64,000 nt of DNA from Eledone cirrhosa. Its lineage: Eukaryota. Made by a program: the position numbers and the translations under genes. The stretch spans positions 35,278,001 to 35,342,000 of the forward strand of contig OZ024749.1 in assembly GCA_964016885.1 (NCBI GenBank), written 5' to 3'. The notes beneath the pieces were generated by a model. The model searched no databases. It saw only the letters and a program-made list of their open reading frames with translations, and was not told the origin of the DNA. Each line of letters opens with the position of its first letter. Position 1 is the first letter of the stretch. Positions 40,057 through 54,740 of the stretch are shown here, one piece after another.

Positions 40057-41759
40057 TATATATATATATATATTATTGGCAGTATGATCCTCCCAAAGTA
40101 TAACAATATCTGTTTCACCATGTTTTCAGATAAAAAAAATCTTGCAAAACAATTAACTATATCTATATAACAAATAACTATATATATATATATATATATA
40201 TATACTCACATATATATATATAGCAAAGTTGTACACGAAAATTTGAAATATGTCGGATGAATGAACAAAAGCAGGAACTTCTTCTCCAACCACTCCTTGG
40301 GCAATGAATTCTGTGTATGGATGAATGCTTCTTTTTGTTTGCCCCACCCCACCTTAAAACAGCTCTAGAGTCCCTGCATATGGATGTAGTGAGGTTGGGG
40401 TTGGTGTTACTGCTGACAGCAATATAGAAAGGTGGAGTTGACAGCAATAAAAAGGGGTGGATTTGATATTATTGCAGACATAAATATTGAGCAACTGTCA
40501 ATATTTTTCTGGAGACTATATTTCAAATAAGATTAATCATCTATCGGAATTAGTACATTTCCATCTTACCTAGTAACCTTAGGCAAGGTTGTAAATTACT
40601 TTAGTGTTTTTTTTGCCTCAATCAACTTAGCTGTAAATAGCTACCACTCCCACTTCACACTACACTAAACACTATTAATGGGTTAAAATAACTTACTCTT
40701 GTCTTTTAGGCGTGAAGCAATGAAAATAAAAATGCATTGTAAATATTAAAATAAACTGGATGTCAGACATCAAAAGTTTTTCCATTCTGGGAGAGGTTTG
40801 ATGGGTGTTTCAAACAACAACACTATGGTCACTTTAGTACTGTGACTTTTTTTCTTGATAATGTCAAACAGTCCTAAATTTGACTTAATCACTTTCTTTA
40901 ATGTTATCAATTGTCCTACAACTAATATGTTCAATACCAAACTGGTCAAATCTAGTTCTACTTCTATGAAACAAAACCTCACCTTTTAAATTAAAATCTT
41001 CCAACATAATTTTATATAAGAACCATATGTTAAGTATCTATCTAAGTAATGAAATAATAATTTTAATTTAAGTAAATCCCCCCAAACTTTCCACTAATTA
41101 ATTGTGTATTGAAAGTATTAATGACGAGCACCTGGTAAAGTCATGGTAGATTTGGTGGGTTCAATATATAGAACATGTCAGGATCTTTAACCAACTAATT
41201 ATGTACTTGAGTTGATTTTAATCAGAGCTGATTGCGGACACATAATAATAAAAACAATAACAACCATGTAAGTTATTAGACAGTACACACACACACACAT
41301 ATATATAATATATATATTATATCCTCCTCCTCATCATCATTGTTTAATGTCCATTTTCCAAGCTAGCATGGGTTAGACAGATTGTCACGTTATGAGACAA
41401 GTCAGGTCCAGCAACTATGTCACGCTCATACAGAGCTGTTTCTGACTTGGTTTCAATGGCTTCATAACACCAAACACATTAAATTATGGATTAGGTACTT
41501 TTCTATCAGGGCCTCAACATTTGACTACCCACATCCTGGAGGGATGAATACAAGGGAAAAGAGCTAGGGGACATCAGAAAAGGATATGAAGGAGTTTGGC
41601 GGAATGTACTGCAATGGCAAGAGGCAGGAAAAGATGGAGAGTGCTGGTCCATAAGTCCATGACCCCCAACACTCAGCTATTGAACTATTCCAATATAATC
41701 AATCACTAAATGGAACTATTTACATATTGAAGTTTTTGCCTCTTGAACCATTGATATGT

Positions 41760-42345
41760 CACCGTTGGACTGATTGGTCTGCATTTATAGAACATATTGA
41801 TCTATAATCTTACAACTGATTGATCTTTATTGATATAACTGATTGATTTGTACTGGTGGAACATATAGATCAGTGCTAATAAACTTCTTTGATCTTTAAT
41901 CATAAAACATATTGATCTATGCTGATTGAATATATTGATTTCTACTGATAGAACACATTGATTGATCTGTACTGATATAAAACATATTGATCTGTATTGA
42001 TCAACTGACCAATACAATATATTGATTTTAGCTGGACGAGCATATTGATTTTTGGCAATTTAAACACGATGATCTATACTGATACAATATATCGATCTCT
42101 GCTGATTGAATATATTGATTTCTGCTGATATAACTGATTCATCTGTACAGATATGATTGATTGATGAGCATTGATCAATAAAACATACCCATCTGTGTTG
42201 ATTGATGTACACTGATCAATAAAAACATATTGATTTGTGCAGATATAACTGATTGATGAGTACTGAACAATAAAACATATTCATCTGTGTTGATTGATGT
42301 GCCCTGATCAAGAAAAACATATTGATCTATGCTCATTGAAAATAT
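41760..42345. repeat. Degenerate ~23-bp tandem repeat
   Basis: Recurrent AACATATTGATCT(A/G)T(A/G)CTGAT motif. Confidence 0.75.
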
Positions 42346-42602
42346 GTGTCTGCTAATAGGCCAGATGATACAAATCTGAGTGTATAAATCTGTATCAATC
42401 AGTGTATTTAATAATCAGATTTTATTGAACAGTGACTATATAAACTTAACCTGTCATGTGTGTTTTTATATATATACATACATACATACATACATATAAA
42501 TACATACATATATACATATATGCATACATATGTACATATATGTGTATATATATATAAATACATATATATATATATACACATACACACATACACATACATA
42601 TA

Positions 42603-42720
42603 TATGAGCAAGACACGGTCAGCCGACCCAACTTGCCTCTAAATGGGACAAACCCACCTAGCCCATGCTAGCGTGGAAGATAGACGTTAAATGATGATGA
42701 TCATGATAATGATGATGATA
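42603..42720 (+). mobile_element. Isolated alternative RTE-type 3' tail
   Basis: ATGAGCAAGACACGGTCAGCCGACC...CCCATGCTAGCGTGGAAG..(ATG)n, as at 39951-40056. Confidence 0.75.
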
Positions 42721-43361
42721 TATATAATACATATACATATACATTTATATATATATATATATATGTGAGTATATGAGTCTGTGTGTTTAGATGTGTCTAT
42801 GTCATGTGACCTAGCAGTTCAACAAACCAGATATAGATAAAATAAGTACCAGACTTGACAAAAATAAGTACTGGGGTTGGGTTCAATATGATCGACTAAA
42901 TCAACACAGTATCTCAGCATGGCGGTAGTCTAATGAGAGAAACCATCAAAAGAATACAAGAATTTCATATTGATTTTTAATCACCAAAAAACACAAAATT
43001 CCTCCCTAAAATCTTTCCAATTGATTTCTTTTTCTGATATATTGGTCCCTTATGACTTTTCCAATAGGTTCCTGTTCTATTGAACTATCAATATTGATTT
43101 GTTGACTTAACCATTACAGTTTGGTATAGAATAAAATCGACAGAGCAGATCAATTCACTTTATACATTGATCTCACCTGATTGAGTAAATATATCTGTGA
43201 TGGCATTCTAATGGATTACCTTTCAAATGTATTGAGGAAGATATGCTCCTTCATTGTATAATCTACAGCTACTTAGACTTACATGGCATATTCAATACAT
43301 GTGTGTATATCATTGCAACATATGTGTATAAAGTGTCACATATATGTATATATGTATATGC

Positions 43362-43398
<37 letters not shown>

Positions 43399-43428
43399 TG
43401 TGTGTGTGTGTGTGTGTGTATGTATATG

Positions 43429-43707
43429 CATCATCATCATCATCATCATCGTTTAACGTCCATCTTCCACGCTTGCATGGGTTTGGACGGGAATTTTCCC
43501 ACTTTAGGCAAGATTGGTTGTCTTGCTCGTACTGTCTAGTGGGTTTTCTACAGCTGGATGCCCTTCCTAACACCAACCACGTTTACAGTGTGGACTGGGA
43601 GGTTTTTACCGTGTTACCTACATGGCCACATTACAGTGTGGACTGTGTGTTTTTTTGTCGTGACACCTACACGACCTCATTTGTTTCGGACTGGATGTTG
43701 TGGTACC
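43429..43707 (-). mobile_element. RTE family B 3' UTR fragment with one subrepeat
   Basis: Matches 32910-33410 with fewer subrepeats. Confidence 0.9.
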
Positions 43708-44394
43708 ATATGCATGTATATGTGTATATATATATATGTGTGTATGTGTGTATGTGTGTGTGTGTGTGTCCATGCTTGTGTGTTTTATGTCCTGTAGCTT
43801 ACCACTTTCACAGAAAGGGGTCCATAAAATAAGTACCAGCTTTGAAAAAATTGCAGGCAGGGAGATCAATATTATCAACAAATCTCTTCAAATCTCAGCA
43901 GGGCCACTGTCCTTCAGCTATATATGTTAGCCTACAGTTAGAGGATGGGAAGAAGTCTCTCAGCTATGTAGCTACATACATCACAACAATGTCAGTAAAA
44001 AGATGGTGACTGTTAGTTGTTCTCAGGACAGGTGATATCCTTAAGGCCAACTCAGAGAGGCACATTATTCATCCTTAAACGATCACGTTTTTATACAAAT
44101 TTGTTTAACTATATTAACTATATAATAATTTCCAGTGATCAATAAATAAATCATTAAAGATCTTTACTGTGTAGCAGCATTGTGGAGATATTCAAAGTGA
44201 TAGATAGGGTTGTATAGTGACACATAATTTGGCATGGGCAAGTGGGGACTGTATAGAAGAAAATGCTGTCTTTGTTCTTTTCTTAGTGTGGCCAGAGAAA
44301 GAAGTGTCCAAAACTACATTTGTCGATTTACCAAACTCTAAGTAGAAATTACTTTATTTGGGAGAATGGGGTATATAACTATAAGAATGGGTGT

Positions 44395-46226
44395 ACATAT
44401 TGTAGACCTAGTCTAGGATGCTAAATATCCAGACACATATTGTAGAGCTAGCCTAGGGTGGTAAATATCCAGACACACATTGTAGAACTAGCCTAGGATG
44501 CTAAATATCCAGACACATATTGTAGAGCTAGGCTAGGATGGTAAATACCCAGACACATTGTAGAGCTAGGCTAGGGTGGTAAATACCCAGACACATTGTA
44601 GAGCTAGGCTAGGGTGGTAAATATCCAGACACATATTGTAGAGCTAGGCTAGGATACTAAATACCCAGACACATATTGTAGAGCTAGGCTAGGGTGGTAA
44701 ATATCCAGACACATATTGTAGAGCTAGGCTAGGATGCTAAATACCCAGACACATATTGTAGAGCTAGGCTAGGATGCTAAATATCCAGACACATATTGTA
44801 GAGCTAAGCTAGGATGGTAAATACCCAGACACATATTGTAGAGCTAGGCTAGGATGGTAAATACCCAGACACATATTGTAGAGCTAGGCTAGGATGCTAA
44901 ATATCCAGACACATATTGTAGAGCTAGGCTAGGATGCTAAATATCCAGACACATATTGTAGAGCTAGGCTAGGATGCTAAATATCCAGACATATTGTAGA
45001 GCTAGGCTAGGATGCTAAATATCCAGACACATATTGTAGAGCTAGGCTAGGATGGTAAATATCCAGACACATATTGTAGAGCTAGGCTAGGATGCTAAAT
45101 ATCCAGACACATATTGTAGAGCTAGGCTAGGATGGTAAATATCCAGACACATATTGTAGAGCTAGGCTAGGGTGGTAAATATCCAGACACATATTGTAGA
45201 GCTAGGCTAGGATGCTAAATATCCAGACACATATTGTAGAGCTAGACTAGGATGGTAAATATCCAGACACATATTGTAGAGCTAGGCTAGGATGGTAAAT
45301 ACCCAGACACATATTGTAGAACTAGGCTAGGATAGTAAATACCCAGAAACATATTGTAGAGCTAGGCTAGGATGGTAAATATCCAGACACATATTGTAGA
45401 GCTAGGCTAGGATGGTAAATACCCAGACACATATTGTAGAGCTAGGCTAGGATGCTAAATACCCAGACACATATTGTAGAGCTAGGCTAGGATGCTAAAT
45501 ACCCAGACACATATTGTAGAGCTAGGCTAGGATGCTAAATACCCAGACACATATTGTAGAGCTAGGCTAGGATGGTAAATACCCAGACACATATTGTAGA
45601 GCTAGGCTAGGGTGGTAAATATCCAGACACATATTGTAGAGCTAGGCTAGGATGGTAAATATCCAGACACATATTGTAGAGCTAGGCTAGGATGCTAAAT
45701 ATCCAGACACATATTGTAGAGCTAGGCTAGGATGGTAAATACCCAGACACATATTGTAGAGCTAGGCTAGGATGCTAAATACCCAGACACATATTGTAGA
45801 GCTAGGCTAGGATGCTAAATACCCAGACACATATTGTAGAGCTAGGCTAGGATGGTAAATATCCAGACACATATTGTAGAGCTAGGCTAGGATGCTAAAT
45901 ACCCAGACACATATTGTAGAGCTAGGCTAGGATGCTAAATACCCAGACACATATTGTAGAGCTAGGCTAGGGTGGTAAATATCCAGACATATTGTAGAGC
46001 TAGTTTAGGGCGCTAAATACCTAGGAATACATTGTAAAGCTAGCTTAGGGTGCTAAATACCTAGGAACACATTGTTGAGCTAGCTTAGGGTGCTAAATAC
46101 GTAGGAACACATTGTAGAATTAGCATAGGATGTGAAAACACAGACACATATTGTAGAGCTAGGCTAGGATGGTAAATATCCAGACACATATTGTAGAACT
46201 CCCCTAGGATGCTAAATACCTGGACA
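44395..46226. repeat. 40-bp tandem minisatellite (~46 units)
   Basis: Unit ACATATTGTAGAGCTAGGCTAGGATGCTAAATATCCAGAC; homogeneous centre and diverged edges. Confidence 0.98.
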
Positions 46227-46294
46227 CTAGTGGGGGTTGTCTTATAATTACCAGAAGTTAAATAGGTTTAAACTACCATTATCTATCTTTGTAT

Positions 46295-46530
46295 GTATCC
46301 CACCACCACAACAGCTGTGGTGGGGCTATAATTACCATAATTGCACCACCACAACTGCTATAGTAGAACCATAATTACTACAATCCCACCATCACAACAG
46401 ATGTGGAGGGTCTTTAATTACCAAAATCCCATCACCACAATAGCTGTGGAGGGCCTACAATTACCACAATCCCTCCACCACCACTACAGCTGTGGTGGGC
46501 CTATAAGTACCTCAATCCCACCACCACAAT
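46295..46530. repeat. Degenerate ~45-bp tandem repeat
   Basis: CCCACCACCACAACAGCTGTGG.GGG..TATAATTACCA units. Confidence 0.7.
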
Positions 46531-46926
46531 GTCAGTAATGTGGAAATGTTTGCAAGAATACAATCAACTGTTTCAATGGTCCCATTTCCTTTCATCACCA
46601 CCACATCACCTCCACATCGACATATCCACCAAACCACCATCACACCTCCTTCACATCTCATCTACCCCCACCACACCATACCCCTACATACCCACCACCA
46701 CACCAACACTGAACCATTACCACATCTGAACGTCATGCCACCACATCACACCACACCACACCACACCCCATCACATCTCCTCACATCATCCCTACACTAA
46801 CACCATCACATCTTCTTCTCACTAACATCTCCAATATCCTGTTGTCTACTTCACATTTTCCTCAGTAAACATTAACATCTATTGCAGCTATTTTAACTCA
46901 TTCCATACCTACACACACACACCCAA

Positions 46927-46958
<32 letters not shown>

Positions 46959-47059
46959 CCTCTTTAACTCACTACCTCTTGTCTTTCTCACCCTTTCTAT
47001 CTCTGCACATGCAACATACTCTAAATCACATTCTGACTAATGTTTGGATGTTTGTCAGT

Positions 47060-47143
47060 ATGTGTACATGTGTATCCATATGTGTGTGTGTGGGTACATG
47101 TTTGTGCATGTGTGTATGTGTGCATGTGTGTGTGTGTGTACAT

Positions 47144-47183
<40 letters not shown>

Positions 47184-47390
47184 ATGTGTGTGTGCATGCA
47201 CATGCATGCATGTGTGTACATATGCATGCATGTGTGTATATGTGTGTGAGTTTACATGTGTGAGTGCATAAGTGCATGTGCCTGCGTGTACATGTGCTTG
47301 CATGTGTGTACATGTGCATGCATGTGTGTATATGTGTGAGTGCATGTGCCTGTGTGTACATGTGCTTGCATGTGTGTACATGTGTGTGTT
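47060..47390. repeat. (TG)n/(TGCA) low-complexity tract
   Basis: Alternating purine-pyrimidine run. Confidence 0.92.
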
Positions 47391-47544
47391 ACAAGAGCCA
47401 ACCATATATTATTATATCCAACATAAGTTCCAATAGCAGGACATTCCTATTCAATAAATCCAGAGATGTGAAGATATTTTAATCAATTTTCTTTAGTGTT
47501 TTATGTCAGATCAGTTGTTCACCTTTTATATCTGGGGAATAGCA

Positions 47545-47950
47545 GCACATAATGTGTATATATTGGGACATAATGTTTACATATTAGGTTATATTGGAAC
47601 ATAACCTTTATATATTGGGAAATAATCTTTACATATTGGGATATAAGGTTTATAAATTGAGACATATGGTTTATATATTGGGTCATAATGATTACATATT
47701 GAGATATATTAAGATATAAGTTTTATATATTGGGATATAAGGTTTATATATTGGGTCATAATGATTACATATTGAGATATATTAAGATATAAGTTTTATA
47801 TATTGGGATATAAGGTTTATATATTGGGTCATAATGTTTATATAATATTTATATATTGGGATATATCTTTTAGATGTTGGGGATATAAGGTTTATATATT
47901 GAGACAATGTTTACATAATGTTTATATATTGGGGCATAAGGTTTAGATAT
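47545..47950. repeat. ~21-bp degenerate tandem repeat
   Basis: TATATATTGGGATATAAGGTT-like units. Confidence 0.8.
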
Positions 47951-47957
47951 TTTTTGT

Positions 47958-48345
47958 TGCACTAGCACTACCACTTTACAGGGTGGACTGGGTGTTTTTC
48001 TTCATGGCACCAGCACTACCATCTTACATGATGAACTAGCCACTTTTTATCATGTTACTGGTACTATCACTTTACAAAGTGTATTGGGTGCATTTTATCA
48101 TGGCACTAGCAGTATCACTTTACAGATTAGGTTGGGTGTGTTTTATTGTGCACCAGCACTAGAATCTTACGGAGTGTATTGGGTGCATTTTAATACAGCA
48201 CCAGTGCTACAATTTTACAGCATGTATTGGGTGCATTTTATCATGGCAGTAGCACTACAAATTTACAGAGTGTATTGGGTGTATTTTATTACAGCACCAG
48301 CACTACAACCTTACAGAGTGTACTGGGTGCATCACTGTAGCAGCA
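47958..48345 (-). repeat. ~46-bp minisatellite, same family as 4965-5380, opposite strand
   Basis: GCACCAGCACTAC...TTACAGAGTGTATTGGGTGCATTTTAT units. Confidence 0.8.
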
Positions 48346-48424
48346 CTACCTTATGTCAAGGCACTGCCTCATTCAGAGAAATAATAATGTATGAAGTAAT
48401 AATGAGGCCATAGTATCTAGAATA

Positions 48425-48930
48425 AGGACGGATTGGAAGAAGTTTATGGAGCTGCTTCCTCTGCTGACGAAGAAGGGTTTCTCCCTGCGTACGAAAGGCC
48501 GGTTATATGATGCCTGTGTGAGGAGCGCGATGCTGCATGGTAGTGAGAAATGAGGCAAGCATGCTCCGTTGGATGTACAGTGTCAATGTGCGTGAACGAC
48601 CCAGCATGAATGTGTTGAGAGAGAAACTGTGTCTGAGAGGGATAGAATGTAGTGTGGGAGAGAGGAGACTGCGGTGGTATGGACATGTGATGCGCATGGA
48701 GGATGACCGATGGGTGAAGAAGTGCCAGGAAATGCCAGTTGAAGGAAGACGTGGTAGAGGTAGACCACGAAAAACATGGGCGGAGGTGGTGAGAACAGAC
48801 CTCAGATCGCTGAAGCTCACGGTGGAGATGACGAAGGACCGGGACAAGTGAAGAGATGCTGTGCTGAATAAGACCCGTCCCACCCTTGCAATCAGGGAAA
48901 AGCGGACGTAAAATGATGATGATGATGATG
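48425..48930 (+). mobile_element. RTE family A 3' fragment (end of ORF plus tail)
   Basis: ELLPLLTKKGFSLRTKGRLYDACVRSAMLHGSE; NEASMLRWMYSV...GERRLRWYGHVMRMEDDRWVKKCQ...GRPRKTW; premature stop; (ATG)n tail. Confidence 0.93.
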
Positions 48931-49096
48931 GAAGACAGAGTGAAGCATATTGGTAACATAGTGAATATATGTCATCCTGGAGGATAAACTACATTGGTAA
49001 TATCATGTAGTGAATATATGTCATATGATATATATGATAAACTGTAGTGGTGATATCTTGTAGTGACTATAAGAAGGTGAAACTGCGATGAAAAAT

Positions 49097-49185
49097 AATT
49101 GTTTCTACTTTAGGCACAAGGCCAGCAATTACCCAGTGCATTACTGGTACTTTATTTTATCGACCCCGTAAGGATGAAAGGCAAA
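49097..49185 (-). mobile_element. SINE family 2 3' fragment
   Basis: AATTGTTTCTACTTTAGGCACAAGGCCAGC...GGATGAAAGGCAAA. Confidence 0.85.
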
Positions 49186-49214
49186 AATAATGATTTGAAG
49201 ATTAAAATATAAAT

Positions 49215-50281
49215 AACAGCAACAGCAGCAACAACGACAACAACTGCAACCACCATTACTCCCCATACAGCAACAACAACTACCACCACAACAACCTCCA
49301 CCATCACCATGACAACAACCACCACAGCAACCACAACAGAAACCACTACAACTATAACTGCACACCCCAACAACAACAACCATCGCCACCCCCACAATCA
49401 CCACAACCACAACCACAATCACCACCTCCACAATCACCACCACTACCACTACCGCAATCACAATCACCACCAACACAACCACAACCACCACCTCCACAAC
49501 CGCAATCACCACCTCCACAACAACCGCCACCTCCACAACAACCACAACAACCACAACCACAACCACCACCTCCACAACCACCACCTCAACAACAACCACC
49601 ACCTCCAATACCACAACAACCACCAACACAACCACAACCACTACCTCCACAACCACCACAACAATCACCACCTCCACAACAACCGCCACCTCCACAACAA
49701 CCACAACAACCACAACCACAACCACCACCTCCACAACAACCACAACCTCCAATACCACAACAACCACCAACACAACCACTACCACTACCTCCACAACCAC
49801 AACCACCACCTCCACAACCACCACCTCAACAACAACCACAACCTCCAATACCACAACAACCACCAACACAACCACAACCACTACCTCCACAACCACCACC
49901 GCAATCACCACCTCCACAACAACCGCCACCTCCACAACAACCACAACAACCACAACCACAACCACCACCTCCACAACCACTACCTCAACAACAACCACCA
50001 CCTCCAATACCACAACAACCACCAACACAACCACTACCACTACCTCCACAACCATCACCACCACCTCCACAACAATCACCACCACCACCACTGCAACCAC
50101 CACCTCCACAACCACAACAACCACCTCCACAACCACCACCTCAACAACAACCACCACCTCCAATACCACAACAACCACCAACACAACCACAACCACTACC
50201 ACCACCACCACCACCACCACCACCACCACCACCACCACCACCACCACCACCACCACCATCACAACAACAACAACAACAACA
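49215..50281. repeat. (CAC/AAC)n trinucleotide tract with block duplications
   Basis: Repeated blocks such as CACCTCCAATACCACAACAACCACCAACAC. Confidence 0.96.
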
Positions 50282-51881
50282 AGATTAATAAAATTTGTGC
50301 ATAAAATGTGAATGTGAAGAGAGTGAATTAGACGTTAGAAAGTTTCCAATAAAGTTGAGCGAGAAATATTAGTTTCTATGGCATGGATGACTGTGAATGA
50401 AGGAATACAAGAGAAGGCAGCATGCTTACAGACATTACTTTTTAAAGTAGAGAGTTATGTGGTTATGTGGTCTGGGAGATGACAGAGAGATGTGTTTACA
50501 AATATGGCCTGGTAATATCAGCAGGATACTTGAGATGAATATATCACTGAAGATTCTTATTGTGATGTGATGTGAAAGAAATGTAGCACACACACACACA
50601 CACGCACATAAGCAGATGCTAAAAAGTCAATGATGCTGGTGATGATATATATATATATATATATAGATAGATATATATATTGGTGAGAAAAGTATGTTTT
50701 TATATATATATATAACATGCATATATGCAGTAATGTAATATATATATATATTATATTGTAAAAAGTTACTGTCTGAGTTCCTGTTGTTTTGATGGTGACA
50801 TATGTATGTTTATGTATATATATATATATACATAATATGCATATATATATATACACAGACACACACATATATATATATATGCATATGTTATTGAGTTTCG
50901 AGGTAGTTTTGAAAACATTGTGTCAATACAATCATTTTAATGATTGGAAGGCCAAACAATGCATAATAAAGAATTAAATATATTGTTTTATTCATAAATT
51001 TCTGTCTAAAAATCAGTGAATAAAACATCAGTGAATATAACAAGATCTGTCTTGTTTTATCATCAAAGTCTGAAAAAACATAAGCTTTAACTGAAATCAT
51101 CCTCAATGTTGTGAGAAACTGAAGGAACATATTATAAATGTTAGGGTTTATGAGGCTCGGCTGAAATATTCATAAGCTGACTAAGACAGAATTTGGCCAA
51201 TAATCTTAGTTTGACATTTTTGAATAATCTAAAAGGCTTTAATTATTCATATATATAAGAGCAGGCTGAAAAGATCATAGGTAGATTATGAAGGATTGAT
51301 GCTAGAGCTGTGAAATCTTGCATGCATTAATTTCAACCCTTCTTATTAATAACTGAATTATTTCTTTCCAGAGACTATGTTGAAAGCATAAACCTCATTT
51401 GGTCATTCCTTGGTCAGCCTATGAACTTTTCAGCTGACCATCATATTTTGTTTTTCCTCTCTTATGTGTTAATATAAGATTTCTGTTTTGTCTTTTCATG
51501 CTAGGAACTATTCAGTGTTGGTTAATGGTTAAAGTTTGAAAACACATAAACTTTAGTTGAAGTCATCCTCACAATTGATAATAGGTGTTAGGGTATATTT
51601 TCATTTTTCTCTCTTAACGTAGAGACTATATGTATATATTATTACTAAGTGCATTGAGTGCATCTGATTGTGGTACCAACAATAGGATGGTTATCTAAAA
51701 ATCTTCTGTACACTTTGTTTGGAAAGTTTTCTATGGCTGGATGCTCTTCATATTACCAAGCATTTTACAGAGTGTATTGGGTGCATTTTTCATGGCACTG
51801 GAACTAGAGAGTTTGTCATGTCTGTGACATGACCAACAAGTCCTCTCAACCTTTTTTTGGCATGATTTCTATGACTGTGGA

Positions 51882-52012
51882 TATTAATTCATTGTTTTAT
51901 GATCATTTCAGCTAAGGTGAAAAAAGCAGGCCTTGTCCACTGAAACAATGAATCCAGAGGACATGGCTTACCTTCTAACCAGCTGAAATGATTGTAAAAC
52001 AATGAACTAATA
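51882..52012. other. ~130-bp imperfect hairpin
   Basis: TATTAATTCATTGTTTTATGATCATTTCAGCT pairs with AGCTGAAATGATTGTAAAACAATGAACTAATA; inner stem AGGCCTTGTCCACT / AGAGGACATGGCTT. Confidence 0.75.
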
Positions 52013-52309
52013 CTCACTTTTGTGTGTGTGTGTGTGAGAGTGTGTGTGAGTGTGAGTGTGTGAGAGAGATAGATAGAGACACTGTCTGTCTGTGTGTGTG
52101 AGCAATATCATTTTTAATAATAACATTCTTGCTTAACATTTTTCTTCTTATTCACTGAAACTATTACCTCCTCCTCTCCCCCCCCCCCCCCTCACCTGTT
52201 AATTGATTAGATTTCAATTTAGATTCAACAAAAACACTGTGGAAGGTGTGAAGAATGTAATTCAATCTCTCACCTTGATGTCTATAAGACTGTTGTGTGG
52301 AGAGAACAG

Positions 52310-52982
52310 CAACAATTACTACTACTACAACTACTGTTAAAACAACAACGCCACCAACACCACCACCACCTACAACAAAGACACTCCCATCAGTACATCA
52401 CAACATCATCATCACAACAACAATAGCAACAACACCATCACCACCACTCCAACAATAGCAACACCAACAACACCACCACCACCAACAAAAAAGACAACGC
52501 CATCAGCACCACACCATCACAAAAAAGACAACCGCTATCACAACAACAATAGCAATACCAACAACACCACCACCACCATCAGCACCACCACCATCAGTAC
52601 CACACCATCACAACACCACCACCATCAGCACCCCCACCCCCACCACCAAAGACACCATCATCAGCACCACACCCCAGCACATCACCACCATCACAACAAC
52701 AATAGTAACACCATCAACACAACACCACAACCAACAACAACAAAGACACCACCATCAACACCACACCATCACAACAACATCACCATCATCACAACAACAA
52801 TAGCAACACCACCAATGCAACACCACCTATGCAACACCACTACTACCATCATAACAATAACTATTATTATTACTGCTTAAACATCATCACCACCAACAAC
52901 AACGCACCACCACCAGCACCAGCACCACCACTACTACCACCATCGCGAACAACAACAACAATAACAACAACAGCAGCAACAA
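52310..52982. repeat. (CAC/CAA)n low-complexity tract
   Basis: Degenerate trinucleotide run. Confidence 0.9.
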
Positions 52983-54309
52983 GGTAGTGTGAGAGAAATT
53001 TTTATAGAGAAAGTACAGTGAAGAGAGACAAAAGGTTAACAAAGAAACCAGAGTATTGTGGATCTTCTGAATTTGGTGAGGGGGGAAGGTGAGTGGTTGT
53101 AATTGGAGAGGTTTAATCAATACAAAGGTGTAATTGAGACTGAAAAGGGGGAGGGGGAGGAGGCTGAGAGAAAGAAAGAGAGAGGGAGAGAAGGGAAATT
53201 GGTTTGAGAGAAAGAAAGTGCTGTGAGGACAGATACCTTATTGTGTCGCACACTTCACAGAAACCCCACCGACTCCACCATTACAACTGTTTACACTTCC
53301 CACCACCACTACCTCTCTTAATGTAGTCTGTGATTATATTGCTACTTTGGGGAATATATATATATTCCTTCTTTATATTTTTTTTGAAAAAAAAAAAAAA
53401 ATAATGAGGCCAAGGTAAACAAATATATATAAAAAAGACTTTGCAGTATTATATTTTTTTAATGAGAGTTGAAAATAATATTTCAGCAAACTTTCAAAAC
53501 AACAGATGATACCATTTTCTCACATAGTTTAACTCTAAACGTACTGCACTGCACAGGGCATCCAGCTGTAGAAATCAAGCCAAAATCAATTCCTGTTTGA
53601 GCAAGACAACCCGTCTAGCGTGGAAGAATGGATGTAAAACAGTGATGATGATGGTGATGATTCCTGAAAACAGCACTATGCATCACATTAAGAATTGAAG
53701 TCTTTAGTTTACTACACATTTTAACAATCTGTCCACTAGTAACGATACTATACAGTAAACATTTAGTATAAAACAGCACTATGACTGCATCACATTGACA
53801 ATTTAAGTATTTAGTTTACTGCAAATTCTCCCAAATAAAATAATTTCAACTTAGAGTTTGTTTAGCTGACAAACCTAGTTTTTGCCACTTCTTGCATTTT
53901 TTTACTACACGGTCTACACTCACCCATGCCAAATCATGGGATAGATCACAACACTATACGACCCTCTCCACCACTTTCAATATTTTCACAATGCTGCTAC
54001 TTAGTAAAAATGTTTAGTGATTTATTTATTGATCACAGGGAATTATTAAGGATCAGTAATGTGCTTCTCTGAAGTCTGCACCTTAGATGGCTTTCTAGTT
54101 GGCTTTAATGGTAGCAGCAACCTTGATTGTTTTAAACATTTGACTAAAAATCCATACTGAAGTCAAATAGGAAAGTTGAACATGATTTTAAATAAGGAAC
54201 AGAGGAATTTTCATGTGAAATGATTAAAATTTAAAATAATATTCATTGACATGTAAATTAAGATGCATTGAAAAAAATTGTTTTCAATTATAAAATGAAA
54301 TGAAATTTA

Positions 54310-54740
54310 CAGCTCAAACCCCTAAAGGTTTAGCTGGCCTCCTATGAGGTTGTATCTTATAGGAGATTTCTTGAGTAATCTAATGATAAAGGCCTTAGTC
54401 TTAAGTTGTTACAGCTCACACATATTTAGGTTTAGTTAACCTCCTACAAGGTTGTATCGCATAGGAGGTTTCTTGAGTGTTTTAATGATAGGGACCCCAG
54501 TCCTATCATGTTCTTGTGACAGCTAATATCTATGTAGGTTTAGCTGGCCCTCTACAAATCACATCACATAGGAAGTTTCTTGAGTGCTTTAATGTCAGGG
54601 GTGCAATCCTATCATGTTGTTGCAGCTCAGTCCTATCATTAATAAACAATGTGAAATAAAGTGTGTTGCTCAAGAACACAATGCACTGCCCAATCCAAAA
54701 ATCAAACCCATGATCAAGAGTTCAACACCCTAACTACTAA
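54310..54740 (-). mobile_element. Old SINE with three tandem ~105-bp body modules
   Basis: Decayed head at 54645-54740 (AATGTGAAATAAAGTGTGTTGCTCAAGAACAC...CCCTAACTACTAA) adjoining three modules. Confidence 0.65.

Noticed and set aside
40153-40447. GQTKRS peptide reminiscent of a GIY-YIG endonuclease
   Set aside because: Only a short motif, with no upstream GIY/VY element or downstream R..EH; chance match likely
49141-50304. 373-aa poly-Val and 331-aa His/Asn ORFs, or a mucin-like Thr-rich frame
   Set aside because: Trinucleotide low-complexity tract with no supporting exon structure
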